Assembly: GCA_002633005.1 (NCBI GenBank)
Contig: NMRA01000344.1
Span: 289,365 to 353,364, forward strand
DNA length: 64,000 bases
Direction: 5' to 3'
Origin: Phoronis australis
Lineage: Eukaryota; Animalia; Phoronida
Below the pieces are notes generated by a model. The model saw only the letters and a list, made by a program, of their open reading frames with translations, ran no database searches and had not been told where the DNA came from. Each line of letters begins with the position of its first letter. The first letter of the stretch is position 1. Positions 11,501-26,500 of the stretch are shown piece after piece. The position numbers were made by a program, and so were the translations under genes.

Positions 11501-14500
11501 ACATCCTTGCTGTTACCTATTATTTATTGCATGGGTGAATGAACCATGTTAAGCATTCATGTTCAACCCTCATATTTTGCATTACTGTCAGTTGCAAGAT
11601 TTTTGGTATTTCTAGCTTCTCTACTTAGTCTTCAGTAAGAAAATGCTGTTTCAAAATCATTCTCATTGTTTTTCACTACAATTCCGAGTTTAATCTCATT
11701 GTGCGCCAGACTTGAAATTTTTGCCATTGGGATAACATTTTATTTGGATGGGTGTCGAGTTCACAGCGATGACATGCATAAATTATCGAATCTCTTCTGC
11801 GCCTTCTCAACTTGTGTGGTATCATTGTCAGACCTCACAAGTGATTTACCCAAGTACGGTAAACCCCACACATTTTCCAGTCCTGTTCACCTTGAATGTG
11901 ATTTTGTCTGACCAACTTTGAACACTTTCTGTACTATTTTTAGCGGTGATTGTGTGTACATAGTATTATATACTTCATTGTACCGTTATGCTCTATGGTC
12001 GGTCACACACACACACACCCACCTAATATTTAGTATTGCAAAATTTACTCAAATTTGATGGGTGCAGCAGTAAGGAGTGTTCAGATAGCCCAAGTCTCAA
12101 CTTGTGATTTATCTCAGAGGTTATGATCAATGGACTAATATTTTGTGATGCCTCAAAGCTCAAAACTTTCAGCATGTGTACATGTATTTAACTTCATTGG
12201 TGTATGATAGAAAAAGCAGTAACTTTATAATACAACCATCTCATTCACAGACTGAGATGTATCGCACAACACAACGCTGCTGCTGCGTTAACTCTAATCC
12301 TCAACTTATACTACATTTTTAGGATTCAGCGTATCTTAGGTTCGGTAAAAATATGACGAACTCTTTATTTGAAGTCTTGAGTGTAATGAATTTTCGTTTC
12401 TTCCAAAACTTTAAAATCTCTTTCATGTTTTTGCAAAAGTTTTTTTGTCCATGTAGGCAGATGAAAAAGTGGTTATTTTTCAAAATAGACTACTGAACAC
12501 TGTTAGTGACAGATCCTTAATAATGCTTTTGTATGTCAATCAATAATAACCAGTGAATCTTAACATATGGCTGCCTTTTTGAGCTATGTAGAGAGGTCTG
12601 ACATGAAATCATTATTTTACAGGCACACAAAGGTAAAAATTGAAAAGGCAGGCAGGACCTACTTTGTCAAACCAATGAGCTAACTAGCTTATTGGTCAAA
12701 CTCAGTGCTCTCCCCAGTGGCTACCTTGTTTGTCCTCTTAATGGAAACCTTAACTGATCCTTATATTTTTTGTTGATAAACAAACAAGAACCAAGTTGGC
12801 ACACAGACAGACAAATTGTATCTACTAAACAGTAACCACCAATGGTGTCTAGTAAGTAAACAGGGTTACCAGGGGCGTCTGCTATCATTCTGGAGTTGTT
12901 CGGTGATAGTGAAGAAAAATTTAAAAGTTGGGCATTTAACATGAGACACTGGGTATTGTAGTGAGGGTTCCTTGAACTTAATGTTGAAGTGACATAACTT
13001 TGATGGCTAAGGCAAGTATTGGTATAATTTGTCTATACAAAACATTTGTTGCACATGGTCTATGGAGAATGTGTTTGTGGCAAGGCAACGGCGTAGTTAT
13101 CATAGTGTGAGTGTGTGACATTGTTAACAGTGTTATAAACAGAGTTGTCATGGAAACAAGTTGTCTTCTGGTATCAACTTTTGTCAACTATTGTTGAATT
13201 AGATACTGTTAAACAGACCTTCTAGAGGGTCTCCAGGCATCCATGTGGGCATTGTGACTCAAATTAAGACACCTAACTAGGACACCCTGTTCATCAGTCG
13301 AATTTCCAAATAAAGTAAGCAAGTTTAGCGTTAGGTGTCTCTTAACTTGCTAACAACATACCTGAGAACTCATTAATATGTCCAGGATGGAAAAGTGGGA
13401 GTAATTTTTTTTTAGTAGAGTGGCCCTCAAAATGGGTGTGTTTTGGAAAAATTGAAAGTTATAGAAAATTCAAATATGGTTCCTGAAACAGAGATACTGT
13501 TCCAGTGAACTTTCAGATAAGGCCAACAAGGTTCATAAGACTATGGTTTGACTTTTTCATGGAATTGCCCAGATACAAAAAACTTCAAGTCCTGAATAAA
13601 ACCATAGATCTGAACACAGTACAGGTGTTCCTATGCTCAGCTCATTCCCTACACTGAATTTTTGGCACTAGTAACTATAGTGCGATTGTGACGTGAAATT
13701 TAGTATGTAATCCTGTTATTGTTTCCACTAAAATTTCAGTGGAAAAATTTTTGCATTGACATCCGGTATTCCGAATTCCACCAAATTGTCCTGAACTGAT
13801 ACTAAGTACTGGAAAATTTTAAATGAGTTACCACAGTTTGTTTACTCAACAATTAAGAGTAGTAATGTCAACGCCTATAAAAGAGACAAAAATACCAGTA
13901 TTCTAGTAGTATCGGGAATCCTTGGGGACACAATCGTTATAAATTTGTTTTTTGTGAAATATTTATGTGGGATTTGGGAACACATTGGATCGCAGCTGTA
14001 AGTTGCGTTTCAGATTGTCAGCGTGGTGTAAAATGGCTACAGTTTGTGTTTTCTGTTTCAGGTTGGCAGCCCCGATGGTTTGTGTTGGACAACGGAATTC
14101 TGTCGTATTACAAGTCGCAGGATGAAGTGAACAATGGCAGCAAAGGCTCGCTAAAGATGGCCGTCTGCGATGTAACGGGTATGTTGACACATAAAAAGGG
14201 AGAGTTGTCTTCAGACACCAGGGCCCGGTCTCTAATCTTTGTACTCGAAACGAACTCGAAACTATTTTTGGCAATTTCTCTGCTCCTTTTGTGCGAACTT
14301 AAGATAATTGGTTATCAGACTGTGCTCGAATACATTATAGTTTATGCATAGGAGTTTCTAGTTCAAGTTTGCCCTTGAAGACCCTTATGTTCGTGCTACA
14401 AACTCGAGTAAAAACTCGAAATTTCGAGTTCTAACTCGAACTTATTGCTTTAATATTGGGTTTACAAACTGTGAACTAAGGGCAATAATTTATCTACGTA

Positions 14501-17500
14501 AGTTATTGTGTACTCGAGCATAGAATAATAGACACTTATCTTGAGTTCGCCCAAAAGTAGAGTACAAAATGCCAAACCTAATTTCGAGTTCCATTTTGAG
14601 TAAAAAGATTGGAGACCGGGCTCTGATTTTTGTAGTAATAAAATTGCATAAAATCTATGGAAAATGTTTTATTACCTGATCAAGTACTAGTAGAGAGTAT
14701 TATTATTGTCTTTGAACCTGTTCCCTGTGTGCAATCCATTGATTAAAATTTTAGAATCTATTTCATGCATTTTGTGAATGGGCTTGTGGTTAATATAATA
14801 TGTGATTCTAGACTTTAGAGATGCTGTTTATTTCATCACTATGTAGCTGGGAAGTCAACTGAGTATTTAATTTGTTAAACCTAAAAGTTGAAAAATATCA
14901 TGGGACATTTTTTCAATGTTTAAGAAAGATGATATTCATTGGAAGTTCAATCTTGTGGTATTTTAATCATGAATAGAAGATATCAAATGGTGAGTGTTGA
15001 TCTAAGCACAGCAAAACATGGTTGCATTCAAATGAAATTTCCCAAAATTCAGAAGTGTGTGTTTTGTTGAACTTGGATATTATGAATAGCAGACAGTAGA
15101 AGGAAGTTGTTTTGTGGTCCCTTTGTCCTTGTAAAAATACTGCAACATAGGATGAGAATATAAACAATCTAAATGATATCAATTATTTCGCAGTTCAATG
15201 CCAGTTCAGAGAAAATTGTGGCGAGCCCAACTACAGCAGTTTTAGATCTAGATATTATTTCCTACATTTGTGCGCTCTTTCATGTTTCAGTGCATCCCAC
15301 AGATGGCACTAGGTTAGACCTGTGCATCCCTGGAGAACAGTACTTCTATGTTAAGGCAGCCACTCCCAAGGAGCGACAGATGTGGCTGGTGGCTCTGGGC
15401 AGTTGTAAAGCTTGTCTGACTGACGAAATTGTCTCTAAACATAACGGAGTGGTTGACTCTAGTAAGTACTGTGACGTAGTGGAAGTTTAATTATGTCAAA
15501 ACTTTGACTTCCATTTCATGTTTTTTGTTGTTTCTTTGAGAAACTTTGAAAGGAATTTTTAGGCCTAGAATCTAAAAGAAGATATGATAACTCTAGCAAA
15601 AGACAAACAATAATTCTGATAATGCAATATGATAGAACTAATCATTTGAATAAAAATGTTACTATATTTGCCGTAATAACCGCCCATGTCCCTATAAGCG
15701 CCCCCCACGCGTTTTCAGACTTTGCTAAAATAATCGCACAGTCCATGAACGTGTACGTGCAAAAAATGCCTTACCTACAGTCCTAAAATTCTACAGTAAC
15801 GTCATCAATTTATCAATAATATCCGACAGTCCTGAAAAATGTCATTGTGCACAGAATTTGTAGACCACGAGCCTCGCCGCTAAGTTGGTATTTAGCCGTG
15901 ACTATACACTTCAAACTTCCGCCATGCCTCAAAACGAACACAAAAGTTTTGCTGATCTTGCGAGGACCAATGGTCCAAAACAGATGTAGTGTACTTGTCT
16001 ACAGGATTGCTTTGTAGATATTTCCCGCTTTCAACAGGAATCCAAATTTCTTTGTACATGTGAAAACCGCGAATCGAAGACTAATAAAAAGCTTGGCCAG
16101 TGTTAAAATCACGTGGTCAGGAAGCGCACGCTACATACATGAACCTGTCATCAAAGACATTAGTCGGGAACTATCCATTCATGAAACGGGTAGCATAGCA
16201 TCGGCAAGAAATGAATATTGGCACTAATTTCGACAGTTTCTAATACTATTAGCGTTATTTTTAAGATGAGTTGTTTGATTAACCATAAATGGTGTTTTTA
16301 AGCCAAATATCTGATAAAATGACAACTGACATTGAATGCTTACACACCCTTACACCGAAAAATAACTGTCCAGCAAGTGCTGAATGAAACACGCTCTGGT
16401 TTAGGCCTACTGCTTGTGCAAATTTCTTTAGATGCAATGCACATCTAGTAGCTCGTTAGATTGCGTGGCTCTGACCAAAAGACAGTCTCTGCTCTGGCAA
16501 ATGAACTCTGGTGACACGCACGCACTCGCTTACTCTACGCAGATGAACTTCAAAACAAATGTCACGTGACAACAACATGTGTGTTTGTCCAGACATTTTT
16601 CTCATGTTGCTGATCATACGTGTAGATGGCACGATCTAGCACAGATTTGAACTTAAACCTGCCGTTAATCCCGACTCCACGGAAATTAAAAATCTTAGGG
16701 GCGCTACTTGGAAAACTTAAGGAGGATTTCAGGTAATTTGCTTGAGTCAAAACTGTATTTTTATTCAAGCATTCAAGTTGCCATATCGACGATTGCGAGG
16801 CAGTCAGTCGGCGAGTTTTCACCCTGGGATTTCAGCACAATTTTCTGTAAAATGATGGTAATTTAGCAGCGAAGTTTGATAGCAATGCACCACGGTTTTG
16901 TAGTAAGTCTTTCATAGATTACAGATATGTCACAGAGGGTAAATGTGATGAATCTTAGCTTCCGATTTCACCCCGATTTGGAGAACGGGTTTCAACGGCC
17001 TTGGGTTATAATAAGCCCCTCCCCCCGAAACGAACTTTTCTAAGCGCCCTGGGCGGTTATTACGGCGAATACGGTACTTCATTTCCAAAATTGGTTGACA
17101 AGTTAGTATAAAAGTTGTGTAAATAAGCCGATATTTTAAAAACGCAAGTTACGTAATGATTTGGCAGGAATGACTCACTTAGACACAACATGCAATTAGC
17201 TGCTAACTACACCGTGGTTAATTATTTTTTATTTTTTTCTTTGCATTTCTATTTTTTGTTGAATACTTATGAAGTGTTTGTATGTTAGGTGATGAAACTG
17301 ACCTTGCTGTATCCAAGGAAGACCTCAAGTCCAAGAAGTCTGAACTGAGGTTATACTGTGACTTACTTATGCAACAAGTTCACAGTGTCAAGTCTGCCAT
17401 AGAGGAGAACATACCCCCTGATGTGCAGGTAATTTAGTCAGATGGGAATACACATGATAGTATTTGAACTATAGTAATGTTTTTACACTCCCTAGACATA

Positions 17501-20500
17501 GATTTATGCCAAAAGTTATGACTGGTTATGTACAGTTGGTTGGGATTTTGATTCTCTTCAATTGTGAGGGAATTCTGTTGTATTCTTGAGTGACGGTTTA
17601 GGGAAGGCTTCATTGCGACAAAAAAGTGTACCTCCATACATGACTTGCTCTGAGTGGTGAAGGCTTTATAATTCAAGAATTATTTCTGAATTTTGTTTTT
17701 AGATTGGGAGGTTCTCTAGGAGTGTTAAAGAATACGGAGAAAATTTTTAATTGATCACTAACTACTCTAAACTATTGATTTCACATTTCCACAAGTGCCG
17801 CCCCCTAGTGGCGTGATGTTATTACTGCTTGGTAATAACACCATGACCACAGACCACAAAATCAAATCTCAGTGTCTTTCATGTGTGTTTGGGTAATAAG
17901 GGATCCTGCCATTAGGGATTCTTATAGATTATTGTGGTCTTTTGGTCAAAGGTCAGACGACTCATCTTCTGATCTGGCATCTCGTCCAGTTAGACTTATC
18001 GGACATGTCTTTGCAGACGTGAACGTTAACTGAATCCTACAAATATACCATGCTGTTCCCGGCCTATTTTGTTACAATTTGTTTGGGACGTCTTTGGAGT
18101 TCTGTTTGGAAATTGTGGAGAAATTAGCAACTATGCTCATTTATATAAGAAATGAAAGGTGGAGCACAACGAAACAGGCTCAGGGGGCTTTACTCTTAAT
18201 GTCAGCAGTATAAGTAGTAGTAGCAGCAGCAGCAGCAGGAGCAGCAGCAGTAGTAGGCAAACTGAAATGCAACAAAAAACTATGTTCAAATTTACACGTT
18301 ACATATGCTATACCATGTAGATAACGAGCCAATTCCTCAGACAATGCCCATGAAAATGGCAATGGGCAAAGGGCATACATTAAAAGCACACGTTCAAAAT
18401 TTTAAATACACTGATGGAACAAGGGAAAACTAACGAATGCAAATAAATTACTTTATATCAAGAAACACAAGTTATACGATATTGCCCCAAGCCCAACCAA
18501 ATCCCGTTGAATAACTCTGTGTGTGTTCATTGATGTTTCTCCACCATAAACGTTCACTTTGTGGAATGGCATTCGAAAAAGGTGGCACAAGAAATCAGAG
18601 AGAGCAACATCTGATGCAAGAACTACGCAGCAACAAGTCTACTTATGCGGCAAGAAACGAGCGTATTCATACGTCTAAGTTAGAATAAGGCAGTAACAAA
18701 AGTCGAAGATAGTCTTTATTCCAATTGGTGGCGTAGAAGAATTTTCAAGTTTTACTTAACAGACCATGTGGTCAATGCGGTTAATTTTCAAAAACTGATG
18801 GAATCATTATCCTTTTTATGACAAAATTGTTGAAGAACTTTAATAGTAATTGTTTTTACTTGCGTTGTGTACTTTCCATTGCCACTTTGCAAAAATTAAA
18901 ATGTCACGTGAGGCTATGGGTTTCATAGCCATTGTCAAAGTGTTGCCAGCACTGACTCAATACGTTATTACCTTGGTATGTGCCACCAGCTAGACTCGAT
19001 AACTCATCTTTGTATTTATTCATTTGCTTCCCTTTGTCTCCGCAGCAACTTGATGAGGCCACATCACTGTTGAGCGCCACCTGTGATACATTCATCCAAA
19101 CACTGGATGAAGTCATGTTCCTGAGTCATGCCACTGTTCAATTGGACACCTCATTCCAGCATGCACCATCTCCTGGTATCGACCCCCCAGAAGTTGTCCA
19201 GGGTCCTTTACTGAAAAAGGTAACAACTCCTTACACTTGTTATGGTATCTTGTTATGCAATAGGTCACTCATAGGTGTCACTTCACCAGTTGTTTGGGGC
19301 TGAACACTTTTGTTGCAGACTTAACGAGATAGATTGAGTTAATGTGAGGCCATTTATTGCAAAGCTCACTTTAGTGTCTGTGTGGCCACAGCTGTGGGTT
19401 GTACGTTGTTGTCAGAGGGCGCTGCGAGTGACAAGTCATGTTGATTAGTTGTACTGCTGGACCATGATTGAAGTTGCAAGTGACTTGCCAGGAACACGCT
19501 GCATTTTTGAGATTGTTATATAGTGTATCTGCACTTCCAAGACATATAATTTGACATTTCATTTATCTTGCATGACGTGCGTTTACTTAATCCTTCAACT
19601 TTCTTCTGGTTTTACTGAGTGATAGCTGATATCTGATTGTTACTGTATCCCTTTGTAGTTTGATATCCGTTATCTTACTGAAAGCTGATCTCATATCTGT
19701 TTTAAGCTCATACTACAGTTCAATGTACTTTGTGTCTGCTTTCAACCCCTCATTAACAAAATGTTATTCACAGTCTTGATTTTAGGCCAAAGTAATAACA
19801 GAAAATAGATAACTTACAAGGGTTTTGGCAATTATTAGTGGAATGTGTTTAATTTAAGGTTATGTTGGCCTTATTGAAATTGTATTTAGCCAAATATCAT
19901 CAAAGCTATAGATTTTAACTTAGTAAAGTAAATATTTTTAAATTTAATGTAGAAAGTGTGTAGAATTTGATTTTTAACTTTACATCAATCTTGTGTCATG
20001 TGACTATGTGTTTTCGATGAAATTTAGCAATAAAGAAAGGTACGTGCATGGCAAACTATGGTAATAATAACACGACCAAGTTTGCTTTGACATAAATGTT
20101 CAAGATATAATCTCAAGGATGCTGTTACAGTTTTCTAAATTATGTTTTCATTTTTTCCTTGTGCACTTTTTGAGATTTTTTATGAAAGTAATAAAATTTC
20201 TATTTCTGATACTCCTCATGCACAAAATAGAACATTTTAAGAACAATTCTGAACAACATTTTGGAGACTTGTGCACAAAGCATACCATCTGAAAGTTTCA
20301 TAACAATCCTCCATTTTTGAGATATGATGTTTTGAAGTTAGCCAAATTTGGAATTTTTCTAGGACCCTATAACCTCAAGTTAAAACATCAAACAAATAGT
20401 GGAAACAAAATGTGATGACTAACACTGCCCTGCTAAAGAACTGTACTGTGCTCTCAATTTATTCAAATGTCAAAAAGTGGGACTTTTATTTATTAGCGCC

Positions 20501-23500
20501 ACCTAGTGAATATCACATTGCCCATTACTTTGCTGTGAACTAATGTCTGATAGGCTTTTACTCGAACGTTGAAAAATTACAATATTCTACCAATGAATTG
20601 TTTTTGTTGTTACCTGTCAGGTGGAAGTACTGGAAAATGCTGAAAAATGCTGAGTAGATGTCTCTACAGTTTGTACCTGCTCTGGTGCATCATTCTTGCC
20701 TGGTTCACCAATTATTTCCTTATTCTCTTCCAGCCTGTGACCAGATCCCAAGTGTCAGTCAGAGTCACTTCCGCTGACAGGTATGTTTGATTGGCTAAAT
20801 TCATTGTCGGTGTTGGTTAGTTAACAGATGTTGTTGACATGATGTCTCGTTTGTTGTGCAAAATATCTTGTTACTGTCGTGGATTGGTTCGTACAACAGC
20901 AGTCTATTTTGTTGTTATCAAAGTCACTGTAGTCCTCCTGGGTTGTAGAATGTAAAAGAAACTGTTGAATGTATACTGAACGGGCTGGAGTCAGCCTGTT
21001 ATTGAATGTATATTGGAAGGGCTGGAGTCAGCCTGTTATTGAATGTATACTGGACGGGCTGGAGTCAGCCTGTTATTGAATGTATACTGGACGGGCTGGA
21101 GTCAGCCTGTTATTGAATATATACTGGACGGGCTGGAGTCAGCCTGTTATTGAATGTATACTGGACGGGCTTGAGTCAACCTGTTATTCAGGTATTGGTG
21201 TTAGTTACAACACTGTCAGGGTTCTAGTCTTAACATCTTTGGTGGTTGTTCCAAATAGTATGTCGAAGAAGGCAACAGTCTGATATAACATGCCCACTTT
21301 TTAGAATCAGTTTGATGCCCATTATTTAGTGGGGAAAACTGGTTCTCAAAATTCGGGCACGTTATGTCAGACTATTACCGTCAAAGAATACAGTAAAAGC
21401 CAAGAGAAAACAGACAAAATGATTTATTACTCCATGCTGTGATGAGTGTGGTGTCTGGTCGGAACTGGAATTCCATGTTCTGCCAGTTGAAGCACATAGT
21501 GTAAACAAAATCATAGTGTACCGTCATGGCGGACCATTTAGATCAAGTGACAAAGTTATCCAGTATTCCTACTGTTCGGATCTGGCTTACACTTTAATTT
21601 AATGAGCAGTCATTAATGTTGTTTTCACAAAAAAATCTTTATGTTCAGTTTTGTCAGCCACGGGTCATAATCTTGCATGAGCATGTAGTGGGTTTGCCTA
21701 ATTTTATACCTTCTTACCTACCTACCAACCTACCTACCTACTTACCTAACTTACTAACTACCTACCTACCTAACTTACTAACTAATTACCTACCTATCTA
21801 CCTACCTACCTATCTACCTAACTTACTGACTACCTACCTAACTTCCTACCTACCCACCTAACTAANTACCCACCCACCTACCCACCTACCTACCTACCTA
21901 CCTACCTTCCTACATACATGTTATAAACTCTGTTGAAAACACGACTGGACTATTTGTTTGACAACTGACTCGCTCGTGGAGTCTTGAACAATCTCCTTTT
22001 CTCAGGAATGGAGCTATGTTGCAAAACACTGAGAGGCATAACAGACAAATAATTTAAAACGCTAGCTACATTTCGAGCCCCCATGTCTCATCATCAGGTG
22101 GTGAGTGAAATGAACATATTATACAAAGCAAAATAAACTGTGAAATACACCATGATAGGTGGAAGAGGGGCATACAAACAGAAAGTGTGAATGTATTACA
22201 CTGATGATTAGACATGCAGTGTTTGCTACATAGCTGCACGCCTGAAGAAAGGAGATTGTTTGGACTCTAGTCTAGGAGCAAGTCTGTATTAAGCTGTCAA
22301 ATAAAAAGTCTAGTCTTGTTTTCACCAAAGTTCGTGTTAATGAACGACTGCTACCAAACTATACATACATGTATAAGTGTATAATGATGTCATTTCCAAA
22401 GCCAAGATGAAAATTTTGCAACAGGCAATAGAAAAGTGTTAGCATTACATTAATTTTTGACATTTGTTAAAACGAGCTGAAGTTTGTCCGGTTGGTTAAT
22501 TTATTTATTATGCTGTGTCCCTCCCCCCCCCCTCCCCCGCCCCGTCCTGTGAAATTTCTGTTAACTTGGTAATTTGGAGTACTATTTATTTATTTATTGT
22601 CATGTTTAAAATGAGGTTGGCCTCTTCAGTGATAGCACTGCTTTCCAAGAGGGCCCTCAACAACAGTACCAGTATGTGAAGAATTGTATTGATATTCCAT
22701 GTTAGTTTCCTGAATTCACTGTGGTGCGACAGTGCTGATGTTATCCCAGTCTGAAATGTGAAATCCAATTTATCAAACGTCATGTTCGGATGCCATGGGT
22801 GTAGTTCTTTAGGGCAGAGTAAATTAATCGTTTAGGTTCTTTGGTGCTTGCAAAATGCTTGACAGTCATTAACATGCTTTACCAGTTAAGTCTTCCTGTC
22901 TTTGGACAAACACTGATTACCCTCTTTGCTTGTGATTATGCTTTTGTGTCTGAGTTGAACATAGACTCTGGTCTTATACTAGGGTTATAAGTAAACTCTT
23001 CTAAGAGTTTTCAAAAAAGCACGAAACTGAGTGATCGAACGGCATAGTAAAGCTTCATGGCTGTCGTTGTGGCACCAAAATCTTAGAACTTGAACTGTGA
23101 TAATCTAGTTGTTGACATCATCTTTTTCTTGGCTGCAATGTACATAATTGTGTACATTGGGAATTAGGTCAACGTGCTCAGTTGTACTCTACAGAACCAC
23201 TGTGGCTGACATTAGGAAGATTGTGATAAGAGATTGCAGTGTAAGGCTACACATTTGTGGGTCCTTTTCTGCTGAAATTAAGTAGAAAAGAATCTGCAGG
23301 CGGAATTGATAGTCATGATGCGAAAGTGGCATTTTGTCTATCTTCTTTTGGCTTGTACTGTAATTGCAGGAAATTACAAAAACACAAAATATAGATCGAT
23401 ATTTTGGTATGTTGATTTAAAAGTTCAGTGTAGATTGTTATGGAGCCTCCAAGTTTAACTTATAGCTTCATGTGAAGCAATAAGAAATAGGTAAGATAAA

Positions 23501-26500
23501 GGCCTGTTCGAAATTTATTCAGCATTCGAAGGTTTTGGTTCAGTGTTTGTTCTTTGGCCATTATGTACTACGTATTTATTTTACTTAAGTGTACGGTAAT
23601 AGTCACTTACAGAGATCGAGAACCAGTTTGCTCTAGTGAATAATGAGCATTAAAGTGGTTCTCAAAATCCATGACCGCTGTAACTGACAATTGCCGGTTT
23701 CAGTACTGCCTTCTGCTCCTGTTGCATGCCTGTTACACACTGTCTCACAGCTCACTGTTCTGTAAGAGTTTTAATTGCCAATTCTCATTCTCTTCATGAG
23801 TTCTCGATTAGCAGTGATTATATACATCTGTCCTGCTATTATTCTCAGGATAAGTCTGTTCATAGAACTCTAGCCCTGAAATGCCAACTCCTGCACATAA
23901 CCTATGCCATCGAGCTTGTGACCCCAAGACTAGCCGTGAGAGTTTGCACTGAGAATTTCTGACTGCTTGCTGGACTGAGTTTTGTTCAAGAGTTCTAGTG
24001 ATCAAATCAAGCCAATTTTCATACTTGTTTCAAGTGAGACTCTTGAAGTACGGTTCCAAACAACCAGCGATATCTCGCCAAAATTAGTCAATGAACTGGA
24101 CAATTACATGAGTCATTGTTAATAAGCACCGACCTGTGACCCTGTGTGGATGACGGGAGTATGTTTGGCCTCTGATATCTTTTAAGCTTGTTGTAGAACC
24201 AATTTCAACAGCTTATCATAATACATGCCGGGAGGTTTTCAACAAGACATTTAGGGGTGGTGAAACCATGTTAGAGTATTTTCCGGGGGGAAAAATTTGG
24301 CCTAACTGGAAATTTTAGGATCTGAAAAGAGGTGTGTTTACATGTGTTTTGAAAAATTACTCATAACTGCTTATTTAAGTGCTTGCATATCATTACTGAT
24401 TTCAACTGTTTTGATAATAATTCATTTGTGGAATGTTAACCTGTTGCCCAGATGCCGTTTTTGTTAATTATATTTCTGAGAAGTAGGCCTATTGTTTTCC
24501 GTAGTATTTACCTACCCCCGTGAAATAAAATTTTAAAAAATAAAAAGTTGTCCTTGTAAAAGAACCCAAACTAGTACTTCATGTTAGTGACAGCANCGTT
24601 TTTGAGTTTTTTCCAGCCATCCCGCCGCACCATCTAGATGTCCCGCTTTTTGGCACAAGGTCAAATTGACATGTTATCATAATTATCCTTTTGTAAAAAG
24701 AAAAAATAGATCATTTCATTGGTGTTTGCAAGAACTGCAAGTTGCCATTCAATTATAAAAATCAAAAAGCGCTGTCAGGCATTTTTGGGTGTTACCTCTC
24801 CTATTCGATAAAATACGCATGTGTGGCGCAACCTCTGTCGCTACGATATTAGAGTTGGCATTGCAGGGCTAGAGTTGAAGGACAAATGTCCTTTAACTGG
24901 ATCAGCTGTACTTTATCAGGGTACTTTGAACTTTGACCTGTGGTTAGCTAATGACCACAAGATGTCAGTGAGGTTATTCAAATATTGGGCAGCAAGTCAC
25001 AGGTTACTTGTGAACAAAGGTGGTTGAACCTTGGCCTGTTGAGTTAACAGCTCAGATGGGTATGAAGAAGTCAAAGTGTCGTGAAATCTGCAGCATAGCC
25101 ATGCCGTGAATCTTGTTTTGTAGGTACAGAGGTTGCATGCATTCAGGATCATGAAATAAATGTTAAATTAAAAGTAATATTTAGGTCCTGTTTTTGTTTT
25201 GCCACTTTCTTAGTTTGTTTTTGCACTGTTTGTGAGGCAAGTCAAGGGTATTTCTGTCAGCTGGATATTGAACTTTGATCTTTGAGCGAGTCCATTTGAT
25301 CCCTTTGCAGGGGTGCTGGGTTATTTACCTTGATTCAGTTGTGTTGTCCAATACAAAAACACCTTGTGTACTAGCTCTCTATTCAAAACCTCTACATTAT
25401 TGATTATACCTAGGTCCATTCATGCTCAGTGTGCTGTGTAAATATGTTGCTGTTGACCTAGTTGAGGAAGTCGCCATTTCCTTAACCCTCACCTAGAAGA
25501 TGTACACTTCAGCATGTGATAGGCATACTTAGGACAGTGATTAGCTCAGGGAAGGAGAGATGCAGTGAATCTTGGATAAATTGCTCAGTTCTAAACAATT
25601 CATCTCTACCTGTGTACCGCCATCATGGGTGTCTATTCATCCGGGGAGGCTTCCACACGACTCAAGCCAGTATTGATAGTAATCTCAGTTGTATTTGTTG
25701 TGTTTTTCTCCGTCAGTATGCTGCAGGCCCCTGCTCATGAGATCAGGTTGGTACTATCATCTCCTTCATTCTGTGTGTACAACTAACAACCTAGTGCATG
25801 CTATTCATGCCTTAGTTTTAACAACATAGTGTAGTCTATGTTTAGTGTTACCTGGAATGCCTCGTTTAAAATCAAACCTGCAATCCCAGACAAATGGCTT
25901 CAAGACACAGTTAAGCCAACTTGTGTACAAGTGAAAGTCCCACAAATATGGTGAAAAACCCAGTATGTGGACAATCAGTTGTCATCATTTTTTAGAAGTC
26001 TGGTTTGTCTTTAACAATATATCATCTTGATGATGGAGAAGTGACCCTATTGAACTGACATTGACTCTGTGTAATGTTGGTGAGTGACAAGGTGTATGAC
26101 AGACATGCCACATTTAAATGAAAATATTTGTTACCAGATTTCTCTCTCTGTAGAAAGACCAGTCTGGCTGTGAGCGTATTTTCTGCAGCTACACCCGAGG
26201 TGTTTATTTGTGTAAAAATGAGCATGATGGAATCCTGAAGCTTTCCTCAGTTTTATTTGAAGTGGACTCCAAAACCATAACTAAAGTAAACTTTCAACAC
26301 TGAAGTCTTAACTTGTAGGAACAGTCATGAATCAGTTTGTTGAGTATTGACTTTTGATTTCAGTTTGCACCTGAACTGTACTGTTGATACACCTAAACGT
26401 ATATTCATTCAACATTTCCATAGATATGCCCAAGTATACATTTGGATTGACTTTTGGTCCCTTAACTGATATTTCCCAAATAGATGCTCTGTACTTGTCT

